Origin: an uncultured Solirubrobacterales bacterium
GTDB taxonomy: Bacteria; Actinomycetota; Thermoleophilia; Solirubrobacterales; 70-9
DNA length: 64,000 nt
Direction: 5' to 3'
Assembly (NCBI GenBank): GCA_963781265.1
Contig: CAWAFH010000018.1
Coordinates: 692,107 to 756,106, forward strand
Below the pieces are notes generated by a model. The model made no database searches, had not been told where the DNA came from, and saw nothing but the letters and a program-made list of their open reading frames with translations. The position numbers and the translations under genes were made by a program. Every line of letters starts with the position of its first letter. Position 1 is the stretch's first letter. Shown here in pieces: positions 19,749 to 28,674 of this stretch.

Positions 19749-20464
19749 TCGCCGCGGCTGAGGTGATGCTCGAGGAAGACGTAGAGGACGATGAACAGGT
19801 AGCGGCTGCCCATCTCCTGGATCGCCAGCTTGCTCTCGCCCGTCGTGCGGTTGCGCCATGAGATCGGGATCACCGCGAAGCTGTGCCCGCGGACGACCGC
19901 CTTCAGCGGGATCTCGACGGTCAGGTTGAAGTGGTTGGAGAGCAGCGGCTGGATCGTCTCGATCACCTCGCGCCGGTAGGCCTTGAACGCGTTCGTGGTG
20001 TCGTTGAAGCCATGGCGGAAGAGGATCCGGATGAACCAGTTCGCGAGCCGGTTGAGGACCAGCTTCACCCGCGGGTAGTCGTACACGCGCGACTCGGGCA
20101 TGAACCGCGAGCCGAAGACGCAGTCGTAGCCGCTCTCGAGCAGCTGGTGATAGCGGACGAGATCGGCCGGGTCGTCGGAGCCGTCGGCCATCATCACGAC
20201 CACCGCGTCGCCGCTGAACCGCTCCAATCCGGAGCGCACGGCGAAGCCGAAGCCGCGCGGGTAGTGGGAGCGCAGGCAGCGAACCTGAGGATGGTCCGCG
20301 GCGATCGCCTCGACGATCGCCGGGGTCCCGTCGACGCTCGCGTCGTCGATCACCAGGATCTCGTGCTCGATCCCGGCCGCGTCGAGCCCGTCGATCGTCG
20401 CGGTCAGGGTCTCGGCCATCGAGCCGGCCTCGTTGTGCGCTGGGACGACGACGGAGAGCTTCAT
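19589..20464 (-). CDS. polyprenyl-phosphate sugar synthase-like GT2 (DPM1/ArnC/GtrB-like)
   Basis: MKLSVVVPAHNEAGSM..., ILVIDDASVDGT, MMADGSDDP, TNAFKAYRREV. ATG at 20462-20464 overlaps the stop of the upstream epimerase (ATGA). The 3' tail runs 160 nt antisense into gene 18057..19748. Confidence 0.85.
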   Translation of the reverse strand: MKLSVVVPAHNEAGSMAETLTATIDGLDAAGIEHEILVIDDASVDGTPAIVEAIAADHPQVRCLRSHYPRGFGFAVRSGLERFSGDAVVVMMADGSDDPADLVRYHQLLESGYDCVFGSRFMPESRVYDYPRVKLVLNRLANWFIRILFRHGFNDTTNAFKAYRREVIETIQPLLSNHFNLTVEIPLKAVVRGHSFAVIPISWRNRTTGESKLAIQEMGSRYLFIVLYVFLEHHLSRGDYRRDVLEDSQTSSPAPVAASSQDSAEPSAGNSSAAASPAASEPSSTGNDSVA

Positions 20465-21534
20465 CCGCGCAGCCCCAGCGATGCGGCGACGTCGTCGGTG
20501 TTCTGTTCGACCCAAGCCAAGATGTCGGCGAGTACCTCCCTGCCCCCCCTGGCCGGGCGCCAATCGGTGTGACCGAACAGGCGCGAGCAGTCGGAGATAT
20601 ATAGCGGAACGTCGCCGGGCCGCCCCTCGCCGGCCGGCTCGATCGCGACCTCGGCGCCGGTCAGCTCGCGACAGATCTCGGTCGTCTCTGCGAGCGAGAG
20701 GCTGACCTCGCGCCCGCCGCCGACGTTGCCGACGAACCCGGACCAGTGCCCGGGGTCGCCGAGCTGCTCGTCGATCAGCTCCACCAGGTCGGCGACGTGG
20801 AGCAGGTCGCGCACCTGGTGCCCCGTGCCGCCGTAGCCGATGTAGCTCAGCGGCTTGCCGAAGTAGTGGTGCAGGAGCCAGAAGGTGAACACGCCCTGGT
20901 CGACCTTGCCCATCTGCCACGGCCCGGCGATCACGCCGCAGCGGTCGACGACGGCGCGCAGGCCGAAGTTGGCCGCGTACTCGGTGACCAGCAGCTCGGC
21001 GGCGAGCTTGGTCGCCCCGTAGAGCGTCCGCGGCCCGTCGAGCGGAAAGTCCTCGGCGATCCCGGCCACGCCGGCCCCCGGGACCGGTTGCTCGGGCTCG
21101 AGCTCGAACCGGGTCGCCGTGTCCCGCAGCGCGAGGTCGCCGAGCGCGGCGTAGGGATAGACCCGGCTGGTGGAGAGGAAGACGAACTGGGCGTCGTCGC
21201 GGCGCGCCAGCTCGAGGCAGTTGTACGCGCCGACCAGGTTGGTCTCGAACGGATAGGAGGTGTCGCCGCTCATCCCGACGAGCGCCGAGGGCTCGGCCGA
21301 GCACTCGATCAGGGCGTCGATCGAGTCGATTCGCCTGAGCGCGTCGCGGTCGCGGACGTCGGCCTCGACGAACTCGACCCCCGCGGCCTCCAGGCGCGGC
21401 ACGTTCAGCTTCGATCCCGGCCGGTAGAGGTTGTCGAGCGCGACCAGATCCCAATCGGGGTGACGATCGGCCAGCGAGGTGGCGAGGTTGGCGCCGACGA
21501 AGCCGGCGCCGCCGGTGATCAGAATCCGGGTCAA
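20461..21534 (-). CDS. NAD-dependent epimerase/dehydratase (extended SDR)
   Basis: ITGGAGFVGANL Rossmann motif and YGATKLAAE catalytic YxxxK. Operonic with the GT2. Confidence 0.88.
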   Translation of the reverse strand: MTRILITGGAGFVGANLATSLADRHPDWDLVALDNLYRPGSKLNVPRLEAAGVEFVEADVRDRDALRRIDSIDALIECSAEPSALVGMSGDTSYPFETNLVGAYNCLELARRDDAQFVFLSTSRVYPYAALGDLALRDTATRFELEPEQPVPGAGVAGIAEDFPLDGPRTLYGATKLAAELLVTEYAANFGLRAVVDRCGVIAGPWQMGKVDQGVFTFWLLHHYFGKPLSYIGYGGTGHQVRDLLHVADLVELIDEQLGDPGHWSGFVGNVGGGREVSLSLAETTEICRELTGAEVAIEPAGEGRPGDVPLYISDCSRLFGHTDWRPARGGREVLADILAWVEQNTDDVAASLGLRG

Positions 21535-21578
21535 GGCTGCCGCAGGCTAGCGGGCGCCCCCTCTACCCTCCGGCGCCG

Positions 21579-22226
21579 ATGGACTATGAGCGCCTCTACT
21601 CGTATCGCTTCCGCAACGTCGACCAGGACCGCCGGCGTGAGGTCTGGGCCGAGATCGCGCGCTACGTCACCGAGCGCTCGCTCGCCTCGCCCAAGCGCCT
21701 GCTCGACCCGGCGGCCGGGCGGCGCGAGTTCATCGACGCCGCGCCGGCCCCGGAGCGCTGGGGCGTCGATCAGGTAGACCACTTCGAGGCGGGCAACGAC
21801 CGCGCCGTCAAGTTCGTCGTCTCCGAGGTGATGAGCGCCGACCTGCCGCCGGAGTACTTCGACGGGATCTTCGTCTCCAACTTCCTCGAGCACCTCGACA
21901 ACCAGCAGCACGTCCACCGGTTCCTGCACCGGATGTACGAGCTCAGCAGCGACGGCGGCCGGATCGCGATCCTCGGGCCCAACTTCCGCTTCTGCTCGCG
22001 CGAGTACTTCGACTACGCCGATCACAGCGTCGTGCTCACTCACAAGGCGGTCGCCGAGCACCTGCACACGGCCGGCTTCAAGGTCGTGTCCAGCGCGCCC
22101 CGCTTTCTGCCCTACTCGTTCACCGGACGGCTGCCGGCCTCGGCCGGGCTGACTCGGGCCTACCTCAACCTGCCGCTCGCCTGGAGGGTGCTGGGCAAGC
22201 AGTTCCTGGTGGTCGGACAGCGGTGA
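21579..22226 (+). CDS. class I SAM-dependent methyltransferase
   Basis: LLDPAAGRREF, FDGIFVSNFLEHL and GGRIAILGPN motifs of the Methyltransf_11/23-like fold. Confidence 0.8.
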   Translation: MDYERLYSYRFRNVDQDRRREVWAEIARYVTERSLASPKRLLDPAAGRREFIDAAPAPERWGVDQVDHFEAGNDRAVKFVVSEVMSADLPPEYFDGIFVSNFLEHLDNQQHVHRFLHRMYELSSDGGRIAILGPNFRFCSREYFDYADHSVVLTHKAVAEHLHTAGFKVVSSAPRFLPYSFTGRLPASAGLTRAYLNLPLAWRVLGKQFLVVGQR

Positions 22227-22954
22227 GCTCCTCCGCGCGCTCGATCGAAGCTGAGCTCGCCGAGCTGGCCGACCCCGCTCAGGCCGAGGTCCTGCAGCGC
22301 TTCTTCAAGACGGGCCCCGGTGAGTACGGGCACGGCGACGTCTTCATCGGGGTCCGCGTCCCGGTGCTGCGGCGGGTCGCGCGCGCACATCGCAACGCCT
22401 CGACCATGACCTGCCGGCGCCTGCTGGACAGCGCGGTGCACGAGCATCGGTTCGTCGCCCTGGCGATCCTCTGTCGCCAGTACGAGGGCGCGGACGCCGC
22501 CGGGCGCGAGCGGATCGCCGGCTTCTATCTCGACCACCGCGACCGGGTCAACAACTGGGACCTCGTCGACAGCTCGGCCGAGTACCTGCTCGCCGACCGG
22601 GTCGCCCGCGCGCCTCGCAAGCTGCTCGACCCGCTGGTCGGGTCGGACTCGGTCTGGGATCGCCGGATCGCCGTGCTCGCGACCCACGCGCTGATCAAGC
22701 GCGGCAGCTTCGACCAGACGCTTCGCGTCTGCGAGGCGCTGCTCGACGACGAGCACGATCTGATCCACAAGGCGACCGGATGGATGCTGCGCGAGGTCGG
22801 CAAGCGCGACGAGGAGCAATTGCGGGGCTTTTTGGATCGCAACGCCGACCGGATGCCGCGCACGATGCTGCGCTACTCGCTCGAGCGGTTGCCGGCCGCC
22901 GACCGCGAGGCCTACATGGCCCGCGGGCGACGCCGGGCCCGCCCGCGCGGCTGA
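22223..22954 (+). CDS. DNA alkylation repair protein (AlkD/AlkC-like HEAT-repeat glycosylase family)
   Basis: Family-typical blocks FFKTGPGEYGHGDVFIGVRVP, NNWDLVDSSA, WDRRIAV and HDLIHKATGWMLREVGKRD. Confidence 0.85.
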   Translation: MSSSARSIEAELAELADPAQAEVLQRFFKTGPGEYGHGDVFIGVRVPVLRRVARAHRNASTMTCRRLLDSAVHEHRFVALAILCRQYEGADAAGRERIAGFYLDHRDRVNNWDLVDSSAEYLLADRVARAPRKLLDPLVGSDSVWDRRIAVLATHALIKRGSFDQTLRVCEALLDDEHDLIHKATGWMLREVGKRDEEQLRGFLDRNADRMPRTMLRYSLERLPAADREAYMARGRRRARPRG

Positions 22955-23758
22955 GTGGCGCGGAGCGCGCCAGAGCGCCGCGCGGCCGACCGCGTCCGCG
23001 AGCTCTTCGCCGCCTACGAGCCGCCGGACTTCGCCCACGTCCCCGACCCTGACGCCGCCCTGTACCTCTGCGCGGTCGACCACAAGACCGGCTATCAGCG
23101 CGCGCACCTCGTCGATGGCGAGGGGCCGTTCTCGGGCAGCGAGCTGATGTGGAGCGTGGCGCTCGCGGCGGCGACGTCCACGCCCGGCCTGCTGACCGCG
23201 GCGCGCCTCGCTGACATCGATGCCGCCGCGGTCGCGGCGCTGTTCGCGATCGACGACGAGACGGTCGCCGATCCGCAGCGTCGCGCGGCGCTGTGGCGCG
23301 GGTTGGCGACCGGGGTCGAGCGCGGGTACGAGGGCGAGGCGGCTGCGCTGCTGGCCGCGTGCGACGGACGGCTCGGCGGCCCGGGCGGCCTGCTCGATCG
23401 GCTCGCGGCGTTCGAGGCCTACTCCGACCCGCTGGCGAAGAAGGCGCAGCTGTTCGCGAAGATCTGCGCGCGCCGCGGTTGGTTAGCGGTCGCGGATCCC
23501 GAGGCATGGGAGGTCTCCGCGGACAACGTCCTCATGCGCCTCGCGCTGCGCAGCGGGCTCGTCGAGCCGGGCGGCCTCGACTCGGTGCGAGTCGCCACCC
23601 GCGACGCGTTCAAGCGGCTGGCCGCCGCGACCGCGATCGCGCCGCCGCTGCTCGACGACATGCTCTGGGAGCTCGGCCGCGAGGATCCCGACCTGCTTGG
23701 AAGGGCGGCCGGAGACCTGCGCGAGCCCGAACGCGACCCGGGCTCATCGTGGTACTGA
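22955..23758 (+). CDS. hypothetical protein, weakly queuosine-salvage (DUF2419/QNG1)-like
   Basis: 267-aa ORF with a GTG start abutting the alkD-like stop. Loose motif resemblance only (LYLCAVDHKTGY; SDPLAKKAQLFAKIC; VSADNVLMRLALRSGL). The function call is tentative. Confidence 0.6.
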   Translation: MARSAPERRAADRVRELFAAYEPPDFAHVPDPDAALYLCAVDHKTGYQRAHLVDGEGPFSGSELMWSVALAAATSTPGLLTAARLADIDAAAVAALFAIDDETVADPQRRAALWRGLATGVERGYEGEAAALLAACDGRLGGPGGLLDRLAAFEAYSDPLAKKAQLFAKICARRGWLAVADPEAWEVSADNVLMRLALRSGLVEPGGLDSVRVATRDAFKRLAAATAIAPPLLDDMLWELGREDPDLLGRAAGDLREPERDPGSSWY

Positions 23759-23802
23759 TCGGAGGACGAAAGGGCCGATTTCGGCGCTGGTAGCCTCGCC
23801 CC

Positions 23803-24210
23803 GTGCGTCTGACGCGGGCCCTTCACGACGAAATGGAAGCCCACGCGCGCGCCGAGCTGCCCAACGAGTCCTGCGGGATCGTCAGCACGCGCGATGGCGA
23901 GCCGGTCGCCTTCCACCGCGCCCGCAACCTGTTCGAGAGCCCGATGCGGTTCGAGATCCACCCCGAGGACATGTACTCGATCTACACGGCGGCGGAAGCG
24001 GCCGGCGAGGAGATCGGGATCCTCTTTCACTCCCATCCGAGGACCGAGGGGCGGCCGTCGCAGACCGACATCAACATGAACGCCAACATCGCCCAGGTGT
24101 GGGGCAGCGTCACCTGGCTGATCGCCTCGCTCGCCGGGGGCGAGTTCGTCCTCCGTGGATTCGAGATCGAGGGCTCCGAGGTCAAGGAGGTGGAGTTGGT
24201 TGTCGAGTGA
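23803..24210 (+). CDS. JAMM/MPN+ metalloprotease (Mec-like)
   Basis: ESCG active-site Glu region and the JAMM motif HSHPRTEGRPSQTD. 135 aa, the size of stand-alone bacterial Mov34 proteins. Confidence 0.88.
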   Translation: MRLTRALHDEMEAHARAELPNESCGIVSTRDGEPVAFHRARNLFESPMRFEIHPEDMYSIYTAAEAAGEEIGILFHSHPRTEGRPSQTDINMNANIAQVWGSVTWLIASLAGGEFVLRGFEIEGSEVKEVELVVE

Positions 24211-24724
24211 GCCTGGCGACCAGCCGGTCGAGCCGCTCGCCTGCCCGACCTGCGCACGCAAGTACCCGCTCTCTGAGCGCTTTTGCCCGGACTGCGAGAT
24301 GCCCCTCGTCTACGTCGGGCGCGGCGAGCAGGAGCCGATTACGGACGCCCACGAGAAGGCGCGCAAGGTGAAGCCGGAGTTCACCGGCGGGGAGCCGGTC
24401 AAGGTCGGCTTCGCGCGCAACCTGGCGGAGGCTCAGATGATCCAGGGGATCCTGCTCGAGGAGGGGATCCCGAGCTTCGAGCGCCGCAGCCGCGGGTTCG
24501 ACGTGCCCGACTTCCTCGCCGGCGGCCCGCGCGACATCCTCGTGCCCGGAGCCGCCGCCGAGGTGGCGAGCGGCCTCCTCGCCGACACGGGCGAGCACCT
24601 CGTCGCTGGCGGCGCGGGTGCGATGGCAGGCGACGAACGCCCGCTGCGCCTGCTCGCCGGGATCCTGATCGCGCTGGCGATCGGCGCATTGCTGATCTGG
24701 CTCGTGTCGCTGGCCGTCGGCTGA
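24200..24724 (+). CDS. zinc-ribbon / DUF2007-like protein with C-terminal TM anchor
   Basis: TTG at 24200 lies 9 nt after AAGGAGG (24184-24190). CPTC...CPDC ribbon, DUF2007-like AEAQMIQGILLEEGIP block, and a terminal helix LLAGILIALAIGALLIWLVSLAV. Overlaps the end of the JAMM gene. Start uncertain (the track ORF begins at 24155). Confidence 0.6.
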   Translation: MSSEPGDQPVEPLACPTCARKYPLSERFCPDCEMPLVYVGRGEQEPITDAHEKARKVKPEFTGGEPVKVGFARNLAEAQMIQGILLEEGIPSFERRSRGFDVPDFLAGGPRDILVPGAAAEVASGLLADTGEHLVAGGAGAMAGDERPLRLLAGILIALAIGALLIWLVSLAVG

Positions 24725-24733
24725 CGGCCTCGC

Positions 24734-25522
24734 TCAGGCGAACGGATCCTCGTCGCCGAGGTCGTCGAGTGAACCGGACCTCGGGAGCTCCTCGCGCAGG
24801 TAGCGGCGCCATTCCTGCTCGACGTTGCGGAAGCGCTCGTCGAAGGCGAGCTCGAGCGCCCGCTCGGGGCCCTCGCGGCGCAGGCGCGAGACGAGGATCG
24901 CGCAGGCGTCGGGTCCGCGCTCGCGCTCCAGTAGGTCGAAGACGGTGCCGCCGAGCAGGATCGCGTCGCGCGCCGAGGGCGGGAAGCTGGGCGGGGAGCC
25001 CTGGCGCATCCGGGTGTTGACCGCCGCGCGAAACACCGCGGCCTGGCCGGCGTAGTACTGGGCCCCGCCCTCGATCAGCCACGCCCAGCGCAGGTACCGA
25101 GCGAACCGCCGCGGTCCCCAGGGCGGCGGCAGATGGTCGTTGTTGGCTGCGATCACGATCTGCGCGTAGAGGCGCTCGGCGGTGCCGCGCAGGGCGGCGA
25201 GCGAGTCCTCGCCGGCGGCGCGGCGATCGGTGTACTCGTCGTTGAGGATGTGCAGCTCGGAGGCCATCGCCCAGCCGGCCAGATAGCGGCGGCCGGCCGG
25301 GGCGGCGGCGAGCCTTGCCCCGGGCAGAAACGGATGCGCGGCGGCGAGCCAGCCGGGGGAGGGGTGGATGACCACCGTGATCCCGCCGGGCGCGTCGTCG
25401 AAGCGGTCCTCGAGGCGCAGGCGCAGGTCCTCGAGCCGATCGAGGGTGCGCTGCGCGCAGGCTTCGTCATCCGTCTCGTGACGGGCGGTGAAGCTCAGCG
25501 ATTCGGTCTCTACCCAGGCCAT
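24734..25522 (-). CDS. hypothetical protein
   Basis: Only the last 262 codons of track ORF 24734..26644 look coding (MAWVETESLSFTARHETDDE...). ATG at 25520-25522. The upstream part is antisense to the P450 gene. Confidence 0.65.
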   Translation of the reverse strand: MAWVETESLSFTARHETDDEACAQRTLDRLEDLRLRLEDRFDDAPGGITVVIHPSPGWLAAAHPFLPGARLAAAPAGRRYLAGWAMASELHILNDEYTDRRAAGEDSLAALRGTAERLYAQIVIAANNDHLPPPWGPRRFARYLRWAWLIEGGAQYYAGQAAVFRAAVNTRMRQGSPPSFPPSARDAILLGGTVFDLLERERGPDACAILVSRLRREGPERALELAFDERFRNVEQEWRRYLREELPRSGSLDDLGDEDPFA

Positions 25523-25597
25523 CGGAGGTGCGAGGTTATTGTCTGCAAGCGTGGCTGATCTCACACTTCCCCCCGGCGGACTGGAGGACCCTGCCCC

Positions 25598-26935
25598 GTG
25601 ATGAGAGCGAGCCTGCCCCCCGGGCCTCGTTATCCGGCGCTTGTTCAAGCGCTCGGGTTCTGGTCGCGCCCGCTCGCCTACCTGGAGCGCTGCCGCAAGC
25701 GCTACGGGACGCCGTTCACCCTGCGGCTGCCCTTCGGGCCGCCGTTCGTGACGATCGCCGACCCGGAGCAGATCAAGCAGATCTACACGGCGCCCGCCGA
25801 CGTCCTGCATCCCGGCGAAGGCGCCCGGGTCCTGCAGCCGATCGTCGGCTCCAACTCCGTGCTGCTGCTCGACGAGGGCGCGCACATGAGCCAGCGCAAG
25901 CTGATGCTGCCCGCCTTCCACGGCGAGCGCATGCAGCGGCTCGAGGACCTGGTCGCCGAGGTGACCGAGCGCGAGGTCGCCTCCTGGGGCGCCGACCCCG
26001 ACCTGGCGCTGCACCCGCGGATGCAGCGCCTGACGCTCGAGGTCATCCTGCGCGCCGTCTTCGGCCTCGACGAGGGCGAGCGCCTCGAGGCGGTGCGCGC
26101 GGCGCTCGGCGACATGCTCGCCTTCGGGGAGAAGCCGATGGCGCTGTTCGGCCCGCGGTCGGAGCGGCTCGAGCCGCTGTTCAACCGGGCCGGCCCGATG
26201 GCCGGCTTCGTCGACCTGCGCGAGCGCGTCGACGCGCTCATCTACGAGCTCGTCGACGAGCGGCGCGCCGCCCACGAGGGACGCGACGACGTGCTCTCGG
26301 TCCTGCTCGAAGCGCGGCACGAGGACGGCTCGCCGATGTCGAACCAGGAGCTGCGCGACGAGCTGATGACGCTGCTCGTCGCCGGCCACGAGACCACGGC
26401 GACCTCCCTCGCCTGGGCGTTCGAGCGCCTCGTGCGGGCCCCGGACGTCAGGCGCCGCCTGGTCGCCGAGCTCGACTCGGGCGAGGGCGACGCGTACCTG
26501 ACCGCCACGGTCCAGGAGACGCTGCGCAGCCGCCCGGTGCTGCCCAACACCCAGCCGCGGCTCGTGGTCAAGCCGATCGACGTCGGCGGGTGGCACTTCG
26601 AGCCCGGGGTGGTGCTGGTCGCCAACGGGTACCTGCTTCACCACGATCCGACCTACTACCCGGACCCGTACACCTTCCGGCCCGAGCGCTTCCTCGACAA
26701 CCCGCCGGGCACGTACACCTGGATCCCGTTCGGCGGCGGACGCCGGCGCTGCCTCGGGGCGTCCTTCGCGCTGCTCGAGATGCGGATCGTGCTCGCCGCG
26801 GTGCTCTCGACCTACGAGGTCGGAGCCACCGCCCGCGGGCCCGAGGTGGCGCGCCGGCGCAACATCACGATCCGGCCCGCTGAAGGCGGGCGGATCAGCA
26901 CCGGCGTGCGCGAGCGCACCGCCGTCGCGGCCTGA
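25598..26935 (+). CDS. cytochrome P450
   Basis: Heme-thiolate loop FGGGRRRCLGASFA, ExxR (ETLR) and I-helix AGHETTA. Confidence 0.92.
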   Translation: MMRASLPPGPRYPALVQALGFWSRPLAYLERCRKRYGTPFTLRLPFGPPFVTIADPEQIKQIYTAPADVLHPGEGARVLQPIVGSNSVLLLDEGAHMSQRKLMLPAFHGERMQRLEDLVAEVTEREVASWGADPDLALHPRMQRLTLEVILRAVFGLDEGERLEAVRAALGDMLAFGEKPMALFGPRSERLEPLFNRAGPMAGFVDLRERVDALIYELVDERRAAHEGRDDVLSVLLEARHEDGSPMSNQELRDELMTLLVAGHETTATSLAWAFERLVRAPDVRRRLVAELDSGEGDAYLTATVQETLRSRPVLPNTQPRLVVKPIDVGGWHFEPGVVLVANGYLLHHDPTYYPDPYTFRPERFLDNPPGTYTWIPFGGGRRRCLGASFALLEMRIVLAAVLSTYEVGATARGPEVARRRNITIRPAEGGRISTGVRERTAVAA

Positions 26936-26942
26936 GCCGGTG

Positions 26943-27884
26943 TCACGTCGCTGATCGCGCGGCGCGGTCGCGCTCGTAGTCGAGCTCGGTCGACACGCCG
27001 AGCGCGTTCAGTGACTCGCGAGCCGCGTCGAGCCGCTCGCTGCCGGCGACCGCGGCGGCCAGCGGCAGCTCGGCGGCGGCCGCCGCGAGGTCGAAGTACA
27101 TGCCCAGCGCCCCGAGCGGCCCGAGCGGGACGCGGCGGCGCCCGCCGCGGATCTCGGCCTCGCCGCGCTCGCCGCGCGCGCAGCGGACGACCTGCATCGA
27201 CGCCTCGGTCCCGGTCGCGGCGGCCGCGCGCTCGATCTCGTCGGCATGCGCCGCGCTGACGCTCGAGCTGCCGATCCACGCCCCGGCGGCCGCGAGCGCG
27301 GCCACCCTTCCGAGCACCTCGTCGATCGTCAGCTCGCCGTCGCACCCGGCGCCGAGCAGCGCGAGGGTGCCGTCGATGCGGGCGTCGAGCCCCGTCCCGG
27401 CGGCGATCATCAGCGCGTCGCACAGCGGGCTCCCGAGGCCGGGCTCCGAGCCGTTCGCGATCGCGTCGCCGCCGATGTCGACGTAGATGACCAGATCGCA
27501 CCCGAGCAGGCCCGCCGCGGCGGCGATCCCCTCGGCCGCGCCGGCTGCGCCGCCGGTGATGTCGATCAGCACGGTCGGGCTGCCGAGGTGCTCGGCGACG
27601 TGGGACTCGGAGAAGCGGACGCCCTCCGGGGTCGACGTCTCGGCCCGCGCGAGGACCGCGTTACGACCGAGCGGGTCGGCGCTGTGGATCTCGGCGACCG
27701 GCCGAGGCCCGGGCTTCGGATCGATCGGAAGCCGCTCCCAGGCGACGCCGCCGATCACGAACGGGGTTCCGAGCTCCTCGCAGCGTCGCGCGATCGCCAG
27801 CGACCCGACCACGTCCCCGCCGCCCCCGATCCCGAGGACTAGGGCCCGCTGGGCCCGCTGGACCCGTCGATCGAAGCCCAGCAA
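26943..27884 (-). CDS. DUF1152-like protein
   Basis: 313-aa ORF with LVLGIGGGGDVVGSL and DIGGDAIA glycine-rich blocks, as I recall them for DUF1152. Family assignment is from memory only. Confidence 0.7.
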   Translation of the reverse strand: MLGFDRRVQRAQRALVLGIGGGGDVVGSLAIARRCEELGTPFVIGGVAWERLPIDPKPGPRPVAEIHSADPLGRNAVLARAETSTPEGVRFSESHVAEHLGSPTVLIDITGGAAGAAEGIAAAAGLLGCDLVIYVDIGGDAIANGSEPGLGSPLCDALMIAAGTGLDARIDGTLALLGAGCDGELTIDEVLGRVAALAAAGAWIGSSSVSAAHADEIERAAAATGTEASMQVVRCARGERGEAEIRGGRRRVPLGPLGALGMYFDLAAAAAELPLAAAVAGSERLDAARESLNALGVSTELDYERDRAARSAT

Positions 27885-27890
27885 CCGGCT

Positions 27891-28517
27891 CTACGCCAGC
27901 GCGGGCTCGGCCGAGCAGATCTCGCGAATCGCCTGGGCGGCGCGGTCGAACTCCTCGTCCGCCATCACCGGGGTCCCCTCGAACGGCAGATCACGGTCGA
28001 TCTCGACCCACGAGCGGCAGCCGTGGTACTCGTCGCGAACGCGGACGGTCACCGGGCGCGGGATCCGGTGCACCCGCAGCAGCAGCACGTGCAGGGGGTG
28101 CGTCCGCTTCCAGCGCAGGCGCTTGATCGCGTAGTCCTGAGTCCAGACGTGGTACGGCGAGAGCGCGTCCACGATGCGCGGGTCGTCGGTCTCGAAGTGG
28201 TCGGCGACCTCGGCCCAGGCGCGGATCCGGACCCGGTCGGGCTGGGCGATCCCGCCGTCCTGGAGCAGCGCGCGTGGCGGCGGCTCCTCGTCGGGCCAGA
28301 CCCCCTCCTCGAGCGCGCGGCGCAGCTCGGGATGGTGGGACTCGCGGACGAGGTCGTTGCGCTGATGGTCGAAGGTCGGATAGAGGAAGAACTGCTCGTG
28401 CTCGAGCTCGAAGTGCTTGTCCTCTTCACGGATTCCGCCCTTGCGGAGCGTGACGAGCTGTTCTCCCTCGGAAAGGGCGCGAACCGTTACGGCCCACTCT
28501 TTAAAGGCAATAGGCAT
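27891..28517 (-). CDS. DUF1802-like protein
   Basis: ATG at 28515-28517. N-terminus MPIAFKEWAVTVRALSEGEQLVTLRKGGIRE matches the DUF1802 signature as I recall it. 6-nt gap to the DUF1152-like gene. Confidence 0.7.
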   Translation of the reverse strand: MPIAFKEWAVTVRALSEGEQLVTLRKGGIREEDKHFELEHEQFFLYPTFDHQRNDLVRESHHPELRRALEEGVWPDEEPPPRALLQDGGIAQPDRVRIRAWAEVADHFETDDPRIVDALSPYHVWTQDYAIKRLRWKRTHPLHVLLLRVHRIPRPVTVRVRDEYHGCRSWVEIDRDLPFEGTPVMADEEFDRAAQAIREICSAEPALA

Positions 28518-28609
28518 TGATTGGTTGGTTTCGGGGGGAGGTTCGTGAACGTGGGTCCGGGCCGAAAACAAGCCCCGCGAGGGTGCTGGAGACCCGGTCG
28601 AGGGGCCGG

Positions 28610-28638
28610 AGTCTAGAGAAGGGGTCTAAAAAAGCCAA
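28610..28638 (-). promoter_or_regulatory. candidate sigma-70-type promoter for the DUF1802/DUF1152 pair
   Basis: On the minus strand, TTGGCT-N17-TAGACT (-35 at 28633-28638, -10 at 28610-28615) in the only AT-richer intergenic stretch here, about 90 nt upstream of the 28517 start. Confidence 0.25.
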
Positions 28639-28674
28639 GTTTGTGTCCGATGTTGCAATTGCTGAGCGGATGAA

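Noticed and set aside
19589-21454. 621-aa minus-strand ORF
   Set aside because: It is a composite. Only the last 291 codons (GT2 starting MKLSVVVPAHNEAG at 20464) are coding. The rest is an alternative frame of the epimerase gene 20461..21534.
24734-26644. 636-aa minus-strand ORF antisense to the P450 gene
   Set aside because: The upstream ~370 codons are low-complexity and antisense to a P450 with an intact heme loop. Only the last 262 codons were kept.
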